DNA of 64,000 nt, from positions 1,088,001 through 1,152,000 of the forward strand of contig OZ244999.1 in NCBI GenBank assembly GCA_965223265.1. Direction: 5' to 3'. Origin of the DNA: Planctomycetota bacterium. GTDB lineage: Bacteria > Planctomycetota > UBA8108 > SXIK01. How positions within the stretch are numbered: the stretch's first letter is position 1; each line of letters starts with the position of its first letter. The notes under the pieces were generated by a model that was not told the origin of the DNA, did no database searches, and was given only the letters and a program-made list of their open reading frames with translations. Shown here in pieces: positions 1 through 8,512 of this stretch. The position numbers and the translations under genes are program-made.

Positions 1-236
1 CGGATAAACCGGGTGGCAGTGAAACTGCCTACCGCGTTGTCACTGAAGCCTACGAATATCTCCGCAAAGGCCGCACCGCACACGACGAAAGGTACCGCGG
101 TGAGATTCTGCGCATTCACGCTCGCTACGAGAAGAGTCGCGCAGAGTACGACCGCAAAGAAAAAGAGGAGCGGCGCACGGCAAGCGGTGTGCTCGAGGCC
201 GCAGTAGACGAAACATTTTCCATGTTCGGATTTTAA
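1..236 (+). CDS. J-domain (DnaJ-like) protein, 3' part (5' end outside window)
   Basis: Not in the ORF track. Frame from nt 3 reads DKPGGSETAYRVVTEAYEYLRKG...FGF* (TAA 234-236), matching the (HP)DK-GG...V-EAY-L helix III/IV pattern of J-domains. Confidence 0.7.
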   Translation, partial: DKPGGSETAYRVVTEAYEYLRKGRTAHDERYRGEILRIHARYEKSRAEYDRKEKEERRTASGVLEAAVDETFSMFGF

Positions 237-239
237 GCT

Positions 240-734
240 GTGGCAAAAAAACGACCTGACCCGCTTCCACGATTCATTGCGATTCCAATCGCAGCTATTG
301 CGCAAGTCGCGTGGTTTCTCTGGGGAGGGCTGTTCTGTTGGGTACCGCTTGTCGCTCGCGTTCAGATTTGGGCGTGCTTAAAACTTGCTGACGCCCTTCG
401 AAGAGGAAAACACCGCGTTGCATCAGCCTCAATTCGGCGCGAGCTAAGACTGGCCGCAACTTTTTACGTGGACGGCGTTATCGCAATAAATTGGGCGCTC
501 TTTCCTATCTCAGTGTCTCCCGAAAGGGAGGCAGAGCTCACAGAGGAAGAAGAAAACGGCGCCGAACAAGACGAAGACCCGCGTCACCGGCGCGCTCGAG
601 CAGTCGTGCACGTCATGTGGAGTGCTGTGTTTTGGATTCTCGTTTTCTCTCCACTGTCTGGTTTCCGCTGGCTGCTTGAACTTGTCGGTGGGCTCATTCG
701 CGCAGTCCTTACACTTTTTGGGCTCTATTCATGA
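240..734 (+). CDS. Hypothetical membrane protein
   Basis: 164 aa with several hydrophobic segments; stop overlaps the next start (ATGA). Confidence 0.6.
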   Translation: MAKKRPDPLPRFIAIPIAAIAQVAWFLWGGLFCWVPLVARVQIWACLKLADALRRGKHRVASASIRRELRLAATFYVDGVIAINWALFPISVSPEREAELTEEEENGAEQDEDPRHRRARAVVHVMWSAVFWILVFSPLSGFRWLLELVGGLIRAVLTLFGLYS

Positions 735-2391
735 ACTACCTCTTTTTCCCGTTCGCTTTTGCGTGCCGCTTTGCTCTCTGGCTTGTCAGTGAGCTTCCGC
801 TTTTTTGCCTACGGCAATGTATCCCAGTGACGCTCGGGGAGTTCTTTGCGCTACCGCTTCTACCGCTCTTTCTTCCGTTTTATGTACTCTCTTTTTTTGG
901 TGCGTTCCTTCTTCGTGAGTGGCTTTTCTTTCTTTCACTTCGCTCAAAGCCGCTAAGGAGAAGGCTTCGGCCAGGAGAGCTTTATCTCGGCGAAGAACTT
1001 GTCACAACGCCTGACGGAATGCCCTACGAGACTCCAAGTGGTGAGACCCTGGTCACTGGCTTACCCCTTTCATTCTCGTGGGAGGAGGCTGTGTGCGTTT
1101 TTATTCTGGGTTCGCCGGGCACCGGGAAGAGTGCCTTAGCTGACCGAATTATGGCCGCAGAAATTAGGCAACAGAAATGAACACACTTTCCGTGTATATC
1201 GATTGTGGCGGTAAGGACGTTGAGCACAGCGCGCTAATGCGGGCAGAAGCCAAAGCAGCTGGCGTGCATTACCATCACGGCAGTTTCGACGCTGAGCTCT
1301 CTCATTCAATGCCGCTTTTACGTTTACTCGCTCCAACGGTTGCCGGGCGTACGGATTTCGCAGCGCAAGTGGTGCGAGTGCTGCGCGTCGGGGAGGGGGC
1401 CGCGACGTATTGGGAGGCTCGTGCACGGCAGAAGCTTGCGGAAATAATCGAGAGTCACCCGGACGCGGACACCTTTGCGCGGATACACGCTCACCTGCGA
1501 AACGATTCAGATAAGGACACGCAGGGTCTCGTCGATTCGATTGGCGAGTTTGCCGAGCTTCGGCAACTGAATGTGTCCGCCTTCGAAAGTTTTCCTCAGG
1601 AGGTTAGAGACTACGAATTCGACTTTTCGAAATGGCTGCGCGAAGGCAACCACTGTGCCTATGTCAAGGCTGCGCGAATGCACTCAGCTGTTCCACTGTT
1701 GTTGCTTTCGCTTGCAGAAGCAACGCGCGTCCACAATTCAAACCCAGACAACGAGCGGTGCAGAGTTGTCGTGGTCATTGACGAAGGACACCGAGTCATT
1801 CCTTATGCGCCAGACCTGTTCGCACGATTAATTGCGTTGGCTCGCGCCTTCTTCCTGCGTCTTGTTGTGGTGCAACAAGGTACGTCCCAGCTGGAAGCGG
1901 CGGGCGGAGAACAGCTCGTGCAACAATTTGCCGACTCTGCAATCACGACCTTGTTTGGAACGGCGGACGGAACGCACCGCGTGTATGGATTAGAGCATGA
2001 AGTTCAGGAGCAGCAGGTGCACCCGGATACGGGCATTGTCAGCATTGTGCGTAGGCCACTTTTAAACCCAGCGCTTTTCACGTGGCTGCAAAGTGCTCGC
2101 GCAGCGCGTGGCGTTTGCCTTGTCAGAACACCGACGCGAACTGACAGACTTTACACCATGGTGCGCTCTCCTTTTGCCACTGACTTTGAGACATTCAAGC
2201 GGCTTAAAAAACGCGGGTGGCCCAAGGAAGGCGAGCTAAAAGGCGCGCTTCCCGCGGTACCAGTTTCTGTGTTTGGCAAGCGAGAGGACGACCACGACCA
2301 GGGCGAAGCCGGTGACAGCAAGCCGCCACCCAAGGACGACTTTTACCGAAAGCGCAGCCAACGAAAGAAAAGAAGGAAGCAGACAGCATGA
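731..2391 (+). CDS. VirD4/TraD-like (type IV coupling/FtsK-HerA family) ATPase, split into two ORFs at ~1177
   Basis: ORF 731-1180 has N-terminal TM helices and Walker A GSPGTGKS. ORF 1177-2391 continues VYIDCGGKD and has Walker B VVVIDEGH plus a ARAFFLRLVVVQQGTSQL motif typical of TraD C-terminal domains. One extra A in CAGAAATG would fuse them. Confidence 0.65.
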
Positions 2392-3014
2392 CTGACGCTT
2401 TGACCCGAGCGGGAGACCAGGACTCCGCTCGCAAGCTCCCGCTTCCTGGAACCTTCGATTACATGCTGTTCATTCGTGAGCGCTTTTACGCTGCGCTTTC
2501 GAAGCAGAGTGGAGCGCTTTGCGACGGACCGTTCCGTAGGTGGCAGGACTTCGTCGTGTCACAAATCGAGTGGCTTGAACGTGCGCAGGCAGCGCTTCGA
2601 GAAGAATTCGAGCGCGAAAGAGGGCGTGCTCCAAGACCAAGCGGTCAGACGTGGTTAGACGAGATTGCGCTATCTGTCTACCGGTACAGACCTGGCACAC
2701 CAGGATTTCAGTGCGAAGTCGAAGCCGAATTCTACCGCGCTACAGAACTTCAGTGGCTTGCGTGCGCTGCAAATGGCGACGCGTTTTTGCTTCGGATAGC
2801 CCGGAAAGACCTTGAATGGCGCAAGAAGGTGTACGACACCGCGCCGCCCGATTTCCTCGAGCCTGACCCGAGTTACCGCTACGCAGAAACGGGTATTGAC
2901 CGTGCACTTCACGACCTTGGGAAACGAATCGAAGAGGCGAAGGACTTCCTTAAGTTCTGCGACGACAACGGCATTGACCCGAACAATCTCAGAAAGAAAG
3001 GAGACACAACGTGA
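2388..3014 (+). CDS. Hypothetical protein
   Basis: 208-aa ORF translationally coupled on both sides; no recognised motif. Confidence 0.6.
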   Translation: MTDALTRAGDQDSARKLPLPGTFDYMLFIRERFYAALSKQSGALCDGPFRRWQDFVVSQIEWLERAQAALREEFERERGRAPRPSGQTWLDEIALSVYRYRPGTPGFQCEVEAEFYRATELQWLACAANGDAFLLRIARKDLEWRKKVYDTAPPDFLEPDPSYRYAETGIDRALHDLGKRIEEAKDFLKFCDDNGIDPNNLRKKGDTT

Positions 3015-3298
3015 ACGACCAGATTGACCTCGAAAAAGTCGACGACCAGACCCGTGAACGACTCGAAGCGGTCGTTGCTGAAGGACGCGTCAAGAGGGAA
3101 GCAGCGAAGCTCATTGCCGACGGCCTTGAGCTCGAGCAGAAAGCGCACGAGAAGTACCGCAAAGCGCAAACGCTTCTGACAGGCAAGACGGAGAGGAAAA
3201 AGCGCGGCAGACCGAAGAAGGCAGACACCGTAGAGGACGTCTCAGACGTGCGCGACAGGCCGCGACCGACAGTCATTGCAGCGGGAAACGCCCAATGA
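3011..3298 (+). CDS. Small coiled-coil protein with basic AT-hook-like KKRGRPKK motif
   Basis: RBS AAGGAG upstream; GTGA overlap with the previous stop. Confidence 0.6.
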   Translation: MNDQIDLEKVDDQTRERLEAVVAEGRVKREAAKLIADGLELEQKAHEKYRKAQTLLTGKTERKKRGRPKKADTVEDVSDVRDRPRPTVIAAGNAQ

Positions 3299-3324
3299 AG
3301 TTGAACCACGCACCCTTAGTTGAA

Positions 3325-3563
3325 CGTACACCCAACCGTACAGGCTTCGCGGCCTTTGTACGGCTACGTGTACGGATTGAGATTTAGAAGGCACTACGTG
3401 CCAACCATTTGTGGCTGGTGACATTTCGTCGAAAGCACCCGCCACAAATGGTGGGCTTGAAACAGTTTCAACCCCTTTAGATAGAGAGGAAGACCGGCAA
3501 CATGCGAGTTCCAATCGCGTGGTGGTTCAATTCGAGTCCCACGCGCCGGTCTTCCGCTTTTTT
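3325..3563 (+). other. Highly structured non-coding block (candidate ncRNA, ssDNA origin/promoter or oriT region)
   Basis: Consecutive stems: 3325-3374, 3390-3402, 3404-3452, palindrome TTGAAACAGTTTCAA 3457-3471, and 11-bp stem GGAAGACCGGC/GCCGGTCTTCC 3488-3555 followed by a T-run. Confidence 0.6.
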
Positions 3564-3692
3564 AAGAATGAGTTTTTGTAGCCAGCCGACGGGTGAATTT
3601 GCGTCGGCAGCTGTGCGAATTTCCTCCAACGAGCGACCAGAGTCCGCCGGTTATTCGGACTGGCGAATTGTGGAAACCAAATGGAGGGAGAT

Positions 3693-3890
3693 ATGGAAAA
3701 GAGGGAATGGGCGGTGTGTTTCACAGTCGACACAACCGCAAGCGTTATCGTGGAGGTTCTTGCCGCATGCGAGGACGAAGCGCATGAGCTTGCGTGGAAG
3801 GTGTTCGACGATTCGCCCGAGCTCGCCTTTGAGCCTGACGATTATATGGGAGAGCCCTACGTGTCTTGGGCAGACCCCAATACTGATTGA
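3693..3890 (+). CDS. Small acidic protein (cassette 1), DpnD/PcfM-like pattern
   Basis: Strong RBS GGAGGGAG; VIVEVLAACEDEAHELA resembles the V-V-A-xxEEA motif of small mobile-element proteins. Confidence 0.65.
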   Translation: MEKREWAVCFTVDTTASVIVEVLAACEDEAHELAWKVFDDSPELAFEPDDYMGEPYVSWADPNTD

Positions 3891-4109
3891 GGCTCAGCAC
3901 AGCACACACACCCGGTCGGGGGTCTCATTTGCGAGAGCCCCGGCCTTTCAAATCGAATCCAAACGAATGACTTTCTGTAGCCAGCCGACGGGTGAATTTG
4001 CGTCGGCAATAGCTGTGCGTTCTTCCTCCCCACGTCCGACGTGGCCAGATTCCGAGGTGATTTTCTTAGCGCCTCGAATTGTGTTAAACGTCAACCAATG
4101 GAGGAAGAA

Positions 4110-4289
4110 ATGGAAGAAGAGACCCGCCGCAACTCCGACGCCATCAATGCTTTGCATGCTCGTATCACGGCACTCGAAGACACAGTCGCGTTTCTGCTCA
4201 CAGAACTGCGAGAACAGTCCCGAGGCCGTACCACTACGGAATACCTTGCGGAAGCCGTGGAAGAGTTCTTGCGAAAGATACGGCGATAG
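4110..4289 (+). CDS. Small coiled-coil protein (cassette 2)
   Basis: RBS GGAGGAAG; MEEETRRNSDAINALHARITALEDTVAFLL heptad pattern. Confidence 0.6.
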   Translation: MEEETRRNSDAINALHARITALEDTVAFLLTELREQSRGRTTTEYLAEAVEEFLRKIRR

Positions 4290-4383
4290 CGGCTCCAACG
4301 CGCGCAGCACCGTCGGTCGGGGTTCTCATTTACGAGGGCCTCGACCTTTCAAACTCAAAGAATTCTGACGAGTCATAGGACCA

Positions 4384-4824
4384 ATGCTCGACGAACCATT
4401 CTGCTACGCGTGCGGTGGCGAGATAGACGCAGAACAGAATCGTCTCTGCTACGTGTGTTATTTCCAGCAGATTGCTGAGGCGCACCAGGCTCTCTCGAGG
4501 CTTCTCGCTGTGATTCACCGAGCAATTACCTTGAAAGAATGCGGACAACGTGAGCTCTGGTCACATTTTCAGAAAGTGGACGTCGCGCTCGAGCGCTTTT
4601 CTGAATTTCGAGGAACTGACCTTTACCTTGAGGACGCGCTCTACAGTGAAACGCCTCCGAATTTCCCGAGGGCGTACTGTCTTCTTGCGGGCGCCATTTC
4701 CTCCGTGTTCAAGCTTCGAATTCCAGAAGACACTCCGCGTGTGCAGCGTATTCAACCACTGCTTTTCAAGGACGAGCCCGACGAAAAGTGCGAGCTCCCT
4801 TGGTCAAACCTTTACCCGTCTTAG
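4384..4824 (+). CDS. Hypothetical protein with N-terminal zinc ribbon
   Basis: CYAC...CYVC motif; RBS AGGA. Confidence 0.55.
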   Translation: MLDEPFCYACGGEIDAEQNRLCYVCYFQQIAEAHQALSRLLAVIHRAITLKECGQRELWSHFQKVDVALERFSEFRGTDLYLEDALYSETPPNFPRAYCLLAGAISSVFKLRIPEDTPRVQRIQPLLFKDEPDEKCELPWSNLYPS

Positions 4825-4887
4825 AAAGGAAACCCCATGGTTGCGTGCTTCGTTGAGTAAGAAACCGCCCTGTGGGAGAATCCAAAA

Positions 4888-5334
4888 ATGAGTGATAAAT
4901 ACCACCCAAAAGGACGAGTCTTCCGCCGCAAGGACGGGCCGTGGGAATTCCAAGTCGACCCTCACGACTTGCTCTGGATTCTGATTCACAACGAGAAGCC
5001 CCGTTACCGTGTAGTCTGGCAAGGAAACCCGCAGGGTGAGCTTGAGATAAAAGACGTCTCTTTCTTCAAGGAAGACGGCAAGCCGCAGCCAGAGCTCTTT
5101 CAAGCGGGACACGCAAAGTCACGCGACGGTTTCCTCGGCCTTTGGCAAGGTGCTTGCCGCGAAGCACTTGCCGTTTACCGCGGTGAGTCGCCAATTTCTC
5201 CCGAGAGCTACAAAGACGCTGTGTTGCTCCTGTCCAAAGTCGGCCTACCGCCAGACCTCACCCAGGTTGCGATACAGGCTGCTGAAGAGTTCGAGTTTCT
5301 TCAGTGGCTCAAAGACTCAGTAAGCCTGAATTAG
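4888..5334 (+). CDS. Hypothetical protein
   Basis: 148-aa ORF with RBS GGAG, co-oriented with neighbours. Confidence 0.55.
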   Translation: MSDKYHPKGRVFRRKDGPWEFQVDPHDLLWILIHNEKPRYRVVWQGNPQGELEIKDVSFFKEDGKPQPELFQAGHAKSRDGFLGLWQGACREALAVYRGESPISPESYKDAVLLLSKVGLPPDLTQVAIQAAEEFEFLQWLKDSVSLN

Positions 5335-5367
5335 TCCAACCCCGATTTCCAAGAAAGCCAAAGCCAA

Positions 5368-5541
5368 ATGAACACAGTACTGGAGCGAGCCGACCGGTGG
5401 CTCAAAGCGAAAGGCGGGGCGTTTGCCGTTGGGCTTGTCCTCGGCAAGGGTTTTTTGATTGTCACTTCGGCGTTCAAGCCGCGCGAATGCCCGCGGTGCG
5501 TCGAGCGGGAAAACCCGTCGGCAGAAAGGAGCAACGAGTAG
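5368..5541 (+). CDS. Small membrane protein with CPRC motif (57 aa)
   Basis: Below the ORF-track cutoff: MNTVLERADRWLKAKGGAFAVGLVLGKGFLIVTSAFKPRECPRC...*; stop overlaps the GTG of the next gene. Confidence 0.4.
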   Translation: MNTVLERADRWLKAKGGAFAVGLVLGKGFLIVTSAFKPRECPRCVERENPSAERSNE

Positions 5542-5828
5542 TGAACGTGCTGTCAAAGCTCGCCGAGTACCCGGCGGACGCACTACTTGACCAGGCCGCC
5601 CTCGCTGAAGCCCTTGGCGTAACCAAACGGGCTGTGCGCTACCTTGTTGCCCGTAACGAGCTACCGCCACCGTTTGCCCTCTGCGGAAAGCGATGGCTTG
5701 CGGGCAAGGTTCGCGAATTTCTCAACGCGAGACAGGACCAGGCGATACGCGAAGCAGAAGCGGCAGCCGAACACGAAGCCCGACTACTCGGTGAAATCCC
5801 CGCTGTTCCACGGCGCCGCGCCCGGTAG
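5541..5828 (+). CDS. Excisionase/AlpA-like HTH protein (element 1)
   Basis: LLDQAALAEALGVTKRAVRYLVARNELPPPFALCGKRW; RBS AAGGAG; directly upstream of the integrase. Confidence 0.8.
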   Translation: MNVLSKLAEYPADALLDQAALAEALGVTKRAVRYLVARNELPPPFALCGKRWLAGKVREFLNARQDQAIREAEAAAEHEARLLGEIPAVPRRRAR

Positions 5829-5859
5829 AATGACGCCGCAAAAACAAGGACAACTCGAA

Positions 5860-7242
5860 ATGGCCGAAAAGAAAAAGCGCGCCCGCAATGACGCGGGCCA
5901 CCTCTACCAAAGAACTCCCAGAGGATTCTGGTACGGACGCTGGTGGTCTGGCCCAGAGAATGCTCGTGTCCGGAAGAAGGCCCGCCTTCACCGTGATAAA
6001 CGCGAAGCACAGAAGCTACTCGACAAGCTTATCGCAAAGGAAAAAGCGATTGACGCTGGTATCATTGCGCGCCCGAAGACTGGACGGCAAGAGCACGCTC
6101 TTTCTACGGTCGTTGACGAATACCTTGAGTGGGGTGCGTCCGCTGGTGGTCTCCGCGGTAGACCCTGGTCAGCCGAAACGCTTCGCAAAAAGGAGCAGCG
6201 GCTTAGCTGGTGGCGCGAAGAGCTTGGCTTTGAGTTTGTCTCTGAGCTTGCCGGAAGTCTCTCTCTGGTTGAAGAAAGCCTGCGCGGCTTGTTCCGAGAG
6301 GAAAAAGACGACGGAACGGTTATCGAGCGCACCGGGAAGACTGTCCAGAACTACGCGGAGGCTCTGGCCTCGTTTTGCGACTGGTGCGCAAGGCGGGAGT
6401 TCCTTGAGACTGACCCCCTAAAAGACCTCGGTAAAATCGACACGACGCCTGCGGTTACGCGGCGAGCGCTGACCGTCGAAGAACTCCAGGCGCTTCTTGC
6501 CGTGGCACCACCGAAGCGACGCCTTACGTATCAGGTGGCCGTCTGCACTGGACTTCGTGCCGGTGAACTCGAGGAGCTGACAGTTGCGCACCTCGACAGC
6601 GAGCGCGGCGGCTTGAAGCTTGACGCTGCCTGGACAAAGAATCGAAAGCCAGGCTTTCAGCCGCTTCCGTCAGCTATCCTCGACTCGCTCAAGGAAAAAG
6701 CTCGTTCAAAGTCACCGACAGACCCGCTCCTCTACGTCGGTTCGAACATGAGCCGAGACATTGATTCAGACTGCGCAAAAGCCGGTATCGAAAAAACGAC
6801 GTCTGAGGGCAAAGTGGATTTCCATGCATTGCGTTCCGCCTTCACTACGCTGGTTATCGAATCGGGTGCAAACGTAAAGGAGACTCAGGAGCTCGTTCGC
6901 CATTCAACGCCACAGCTCACCATGGATATCTACGCAAGAGCACGCAACGAGCGGCTCGCGAACGTCGTGGAACAGGTTGGCGCAGTAGTGCTACAAACCG
7001 GAAGGAACACACCACCAAACGGAACGAGAGGGGAACCGAGCGGCATGCGCGTTGGGCCCCCTGTGGGCCCCAGCGAGACAAACGACGAAGACGACGGTGA
7101 CGTAAGTGACAGTGACGCAGACTGCTTAGCGCGAGTCACTACTCACCCTGCCAGGGGGTTCGATTCCCCCCGCCTCCACCATCTTATGATCGACGGAAGT
7201 CCCAGCCGCAGATTCGGTTGGGACTTTTTCGTTGGGGGGTGA
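5860..7242 (+). CDS. Tyrosine recombinase/integrase (element 1)
   Basis: Catalytic motifs TGLRAGEL, TKNRK, HALR, RHS, DIY; C-terminus reads through the att core. Confidence 0.93.
   Translation: MAEKKKRARNDAGHLYQRTPRGFWYGRWWSGPENARVRKKARLHRDKREAQKLLDKLIAKEKAIDAGIIARPKTGRQEHALSTVVDEYLEWGASAGGLRGRPWSAETLRKKEQRLSWWREELGFEFVSELAGSLSLVEESLRGLFREEKDDGTVIERTGKTVQNYAEALASFCDWCARREFLETDPLKDLGKIDTTPAVTRRALTVEELQALLAVAPPKRRLTYQVAVCTGLRAGELEELTVAHLDSERGGLKLDAAWTKNRKPGFQPLPSAILDSLKEKARSKSPTDPLLYVGSNMSRDIDSDCAKAGIEKTTSEGKVDFHALRSAFTTLVIESGANVKETQELVRHSTPQLTMDIYARARNERLANVVEQVGAVVLQTGRNTPPNGTRGEPSGMRVGPPVGPSETNDEDDGDVSDSDADCLARVTTHPARGFDSPRLHHLMIDGSPSRRFGWDFFVGG
7053..7071. repeat. Putative integrase arm-type sites (element 1 side)
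   Basis: Direct repeat TGGGCCCC at 7053-7060 and 7064-7071 (11-bp period), ~83 bp left of the att core. Confidence 0.45.
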
Positions 7243-8403
7243 GAAAGGCCGTGGGGGCAATATGGGGGCATCAGGTTGACCGGGATCGTCCTCATCCCGA
7301 CCGGAATCGTCCCCATCCCCGCCGAGGACCATCCGACCGACGCTCTCCGCGATTCGGGCGAGCCCGTCCTCTTGGGTCCTGGCGTAGGTCTTCATGGTGA
7401 TTCGTGGATCGGAGTGGCGGAGCAGCGACTGGGCCTCTTTGACGTTCGCCCCGGCGTTGACCACCAGCGTCGTGTAGGCGACCCGACAAGCGTGGAAATC
7501 GACCTTGCCCTTCCCGGAAACACGCTTTTCAATGCCCGCCCGGACGAGATCCACGTCGAGTTCGCGAGCGGGGTGGCTCGGAACGTAGAGCAGCGGGTCC
7601 TCGGGACCTTTGTCGGCGGACTCGACCCGAAGTCGTTCCACTAGCTTCTGGGGTAGTGGCTGAAATCCTTCCTTCCGGTTTTTCGTCCATGCAGGGTCGA
7701 GACTCAGCCCGGATCGTTCGGTGTCGAGGTGCTGCACTTGAAGCTGACGCAGTTCGTTTGCGCGGAGCCCGGTGCAGAACGCGACTTCCAAGAGTAGACG
7801 ACGCACTGGTGGCGCGACCGCCAACAGGCGCTGAATCTCCTCTTGGGTCAGCGCCCTGCGTTCCTCCTGTGGCGTTGTGTCGATCGGGGCAAGATTCTTC
7901 AGTGGATTTTCCGCGAGAATCTGTCTTTCGACACACCAGACGCAGAACGCAACGATCGTTTCGGCATAGTTCGATAGCGTCTTGCCGGTGGAGCCCGTTT
8001 CCATCAGCGCTTGGAGGGCTTCCTCTACCCGGCCGAGAGCACCCTCAAGATCCGAGACGCACCTCAGCTCCAGTCGGTCGTTCCACCATGAAAGCTGACT
8101 TCTTCTCTTGCGCGTGTGTTCGGACGCCCAGGGTCTACCATATCGTCCACCCTGGGTTTCACCCCACGCGAGATAAGCGGCGGACGCTTCGTCGAACGGG
8201 CGGTCTTTCGGCTTGGGTCGAGGAAGGTGTCCGCTTCGGATCGCGGCCTGTTTCGCTTCGATCTTCGCGGCGATTCTCTCGGTCTCTGTCTTTGACGTTG
8301 TGCCGGTTCCCTTGCGTTTTCGACCTTGCCAGTCGCGATACTGAAAACGCCAGCGGGGGTGAGGTTTGCCGTTCTTGTTGTGGGTTCGGTGCACGTAAGC
8401 CAT
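7126..8403 (-). CDS. Tyrosine recombinase/integrase (element 2)
   Basis: Start MAYVHRT with RBS AAGGAG; motifs TGLRANEL, TKNRK, HACR, RHS, KTY; ends MVEAGGIEPP..., the antisense reading of the ssrA 3' end. Confidence 0.93.
   Translation of the reverse strand: MAYVHRTHNKNGKPHPRWRFQYRDWQGRKRKGTGTTSKTETERIAAKIEAKQAAIRSGHLPRPKPKDRPFDEASAAYLAWGETQGGRYGRPWASEHTRKRRSQLSWWNDRLELRCVSDLEGALGRVEEALQALMETGSTGKTLSNYAETIVAFCVWCVERQILAENPLKNLAPIDTTPQEERRALTQEEIQRLLAVAPPVRRLLLEVAFCTGLRANELRQLQVQHLDTERSGLSLDPAWTKNRKEGFQPLPQKLVERLRVESADKGPEDPLLYVPSHPARELDVDLVRAGIEKRVSGKGKVDFHACRVAYTTLVVNAGANVKEAQSLLRHSDPRITMKTYARTQEDGLARIAESVGRMVLGGDGDDSGRDEDDPGQPDAPILPPRPFSPPNEKVPTESAAGTSVDHKMVEAGGIEPPGRVSSDSR
7154..7181 (+). 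mobile_element. ssrA: Attachment site: 3'-end fragment of tmRNA (T-arm, acceptor half, CCA)
   Basis: GGGGGTTCGATTCCCCCCGCCTCCACCA is the typical ssrA 3' end; the upstream sequence is integrase coding sequence rather than a tmRNA body, so this is a displaced fragment. Confidence 0.8.
7197..7229 (+). terminator. Rho-independent terminator after the ssrA 3' fragment
   Basis: AAGTCCCAGCCG-CAGATT-CGGTTGGGACTT followed by TTT. Confidence 0.75.
7252..7270. repeat. Putative integrase arm-type sites (element 2 side)
   Basis: Direct repeat TGGGGGCA at 7252-7259 and 7263-7270 (11-bp period), ~71 bp right of the att core. Confidence 0.5.
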
Positions 8404-8512
8404 TGGAATGATCTCCTTCTCAGATGATGTTACTCGAAGCAGGTAAGTGGAGACTGTTCTGACTGAAGGCAGGACGATGAGAGCGCTACGCGGATCGTGA
8501 AGGGGAACGCGA

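Larger units (their letters stand above)
3566..4353 (+). repeat. Two tandem ~400-bp cassette units with conserved leader and conserved downstream hairpin
   Basis: Identical 33-mer TGTAGCCAGCCGACGGGTGAATTTGCGTCGGCA at 3577-3609 and 3976-4008; similar RBS regions; related hairpins at 3914-3945 and 4315-4346, each followed by TTTCAAA. Confidence 0.85.

Noticed and set aside
3488-3555. Canonical tRNA gene
   Set aside because: No D-arm, enlarged T-loop and no CCA; kept only as a tRNA-like structure.
3566-4353. CRISPR array
   Set aside because: Only two repeat copies, ~366-bp spacing containing ORFs, and no cas genes in the window.
4355-4430. Hammerhead-like core CTGACGA-GTC...GAC-GAA
   Set aside because: GAAC instead of GAAA, no convincing stems I/III or cleavage triplet, and it overlaps a plausible start codon.
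6800-7181. Complete tmRNA gene
   Set aside because: Only the last ~28 nt match; the upstream sequence is integrase coding sequence.
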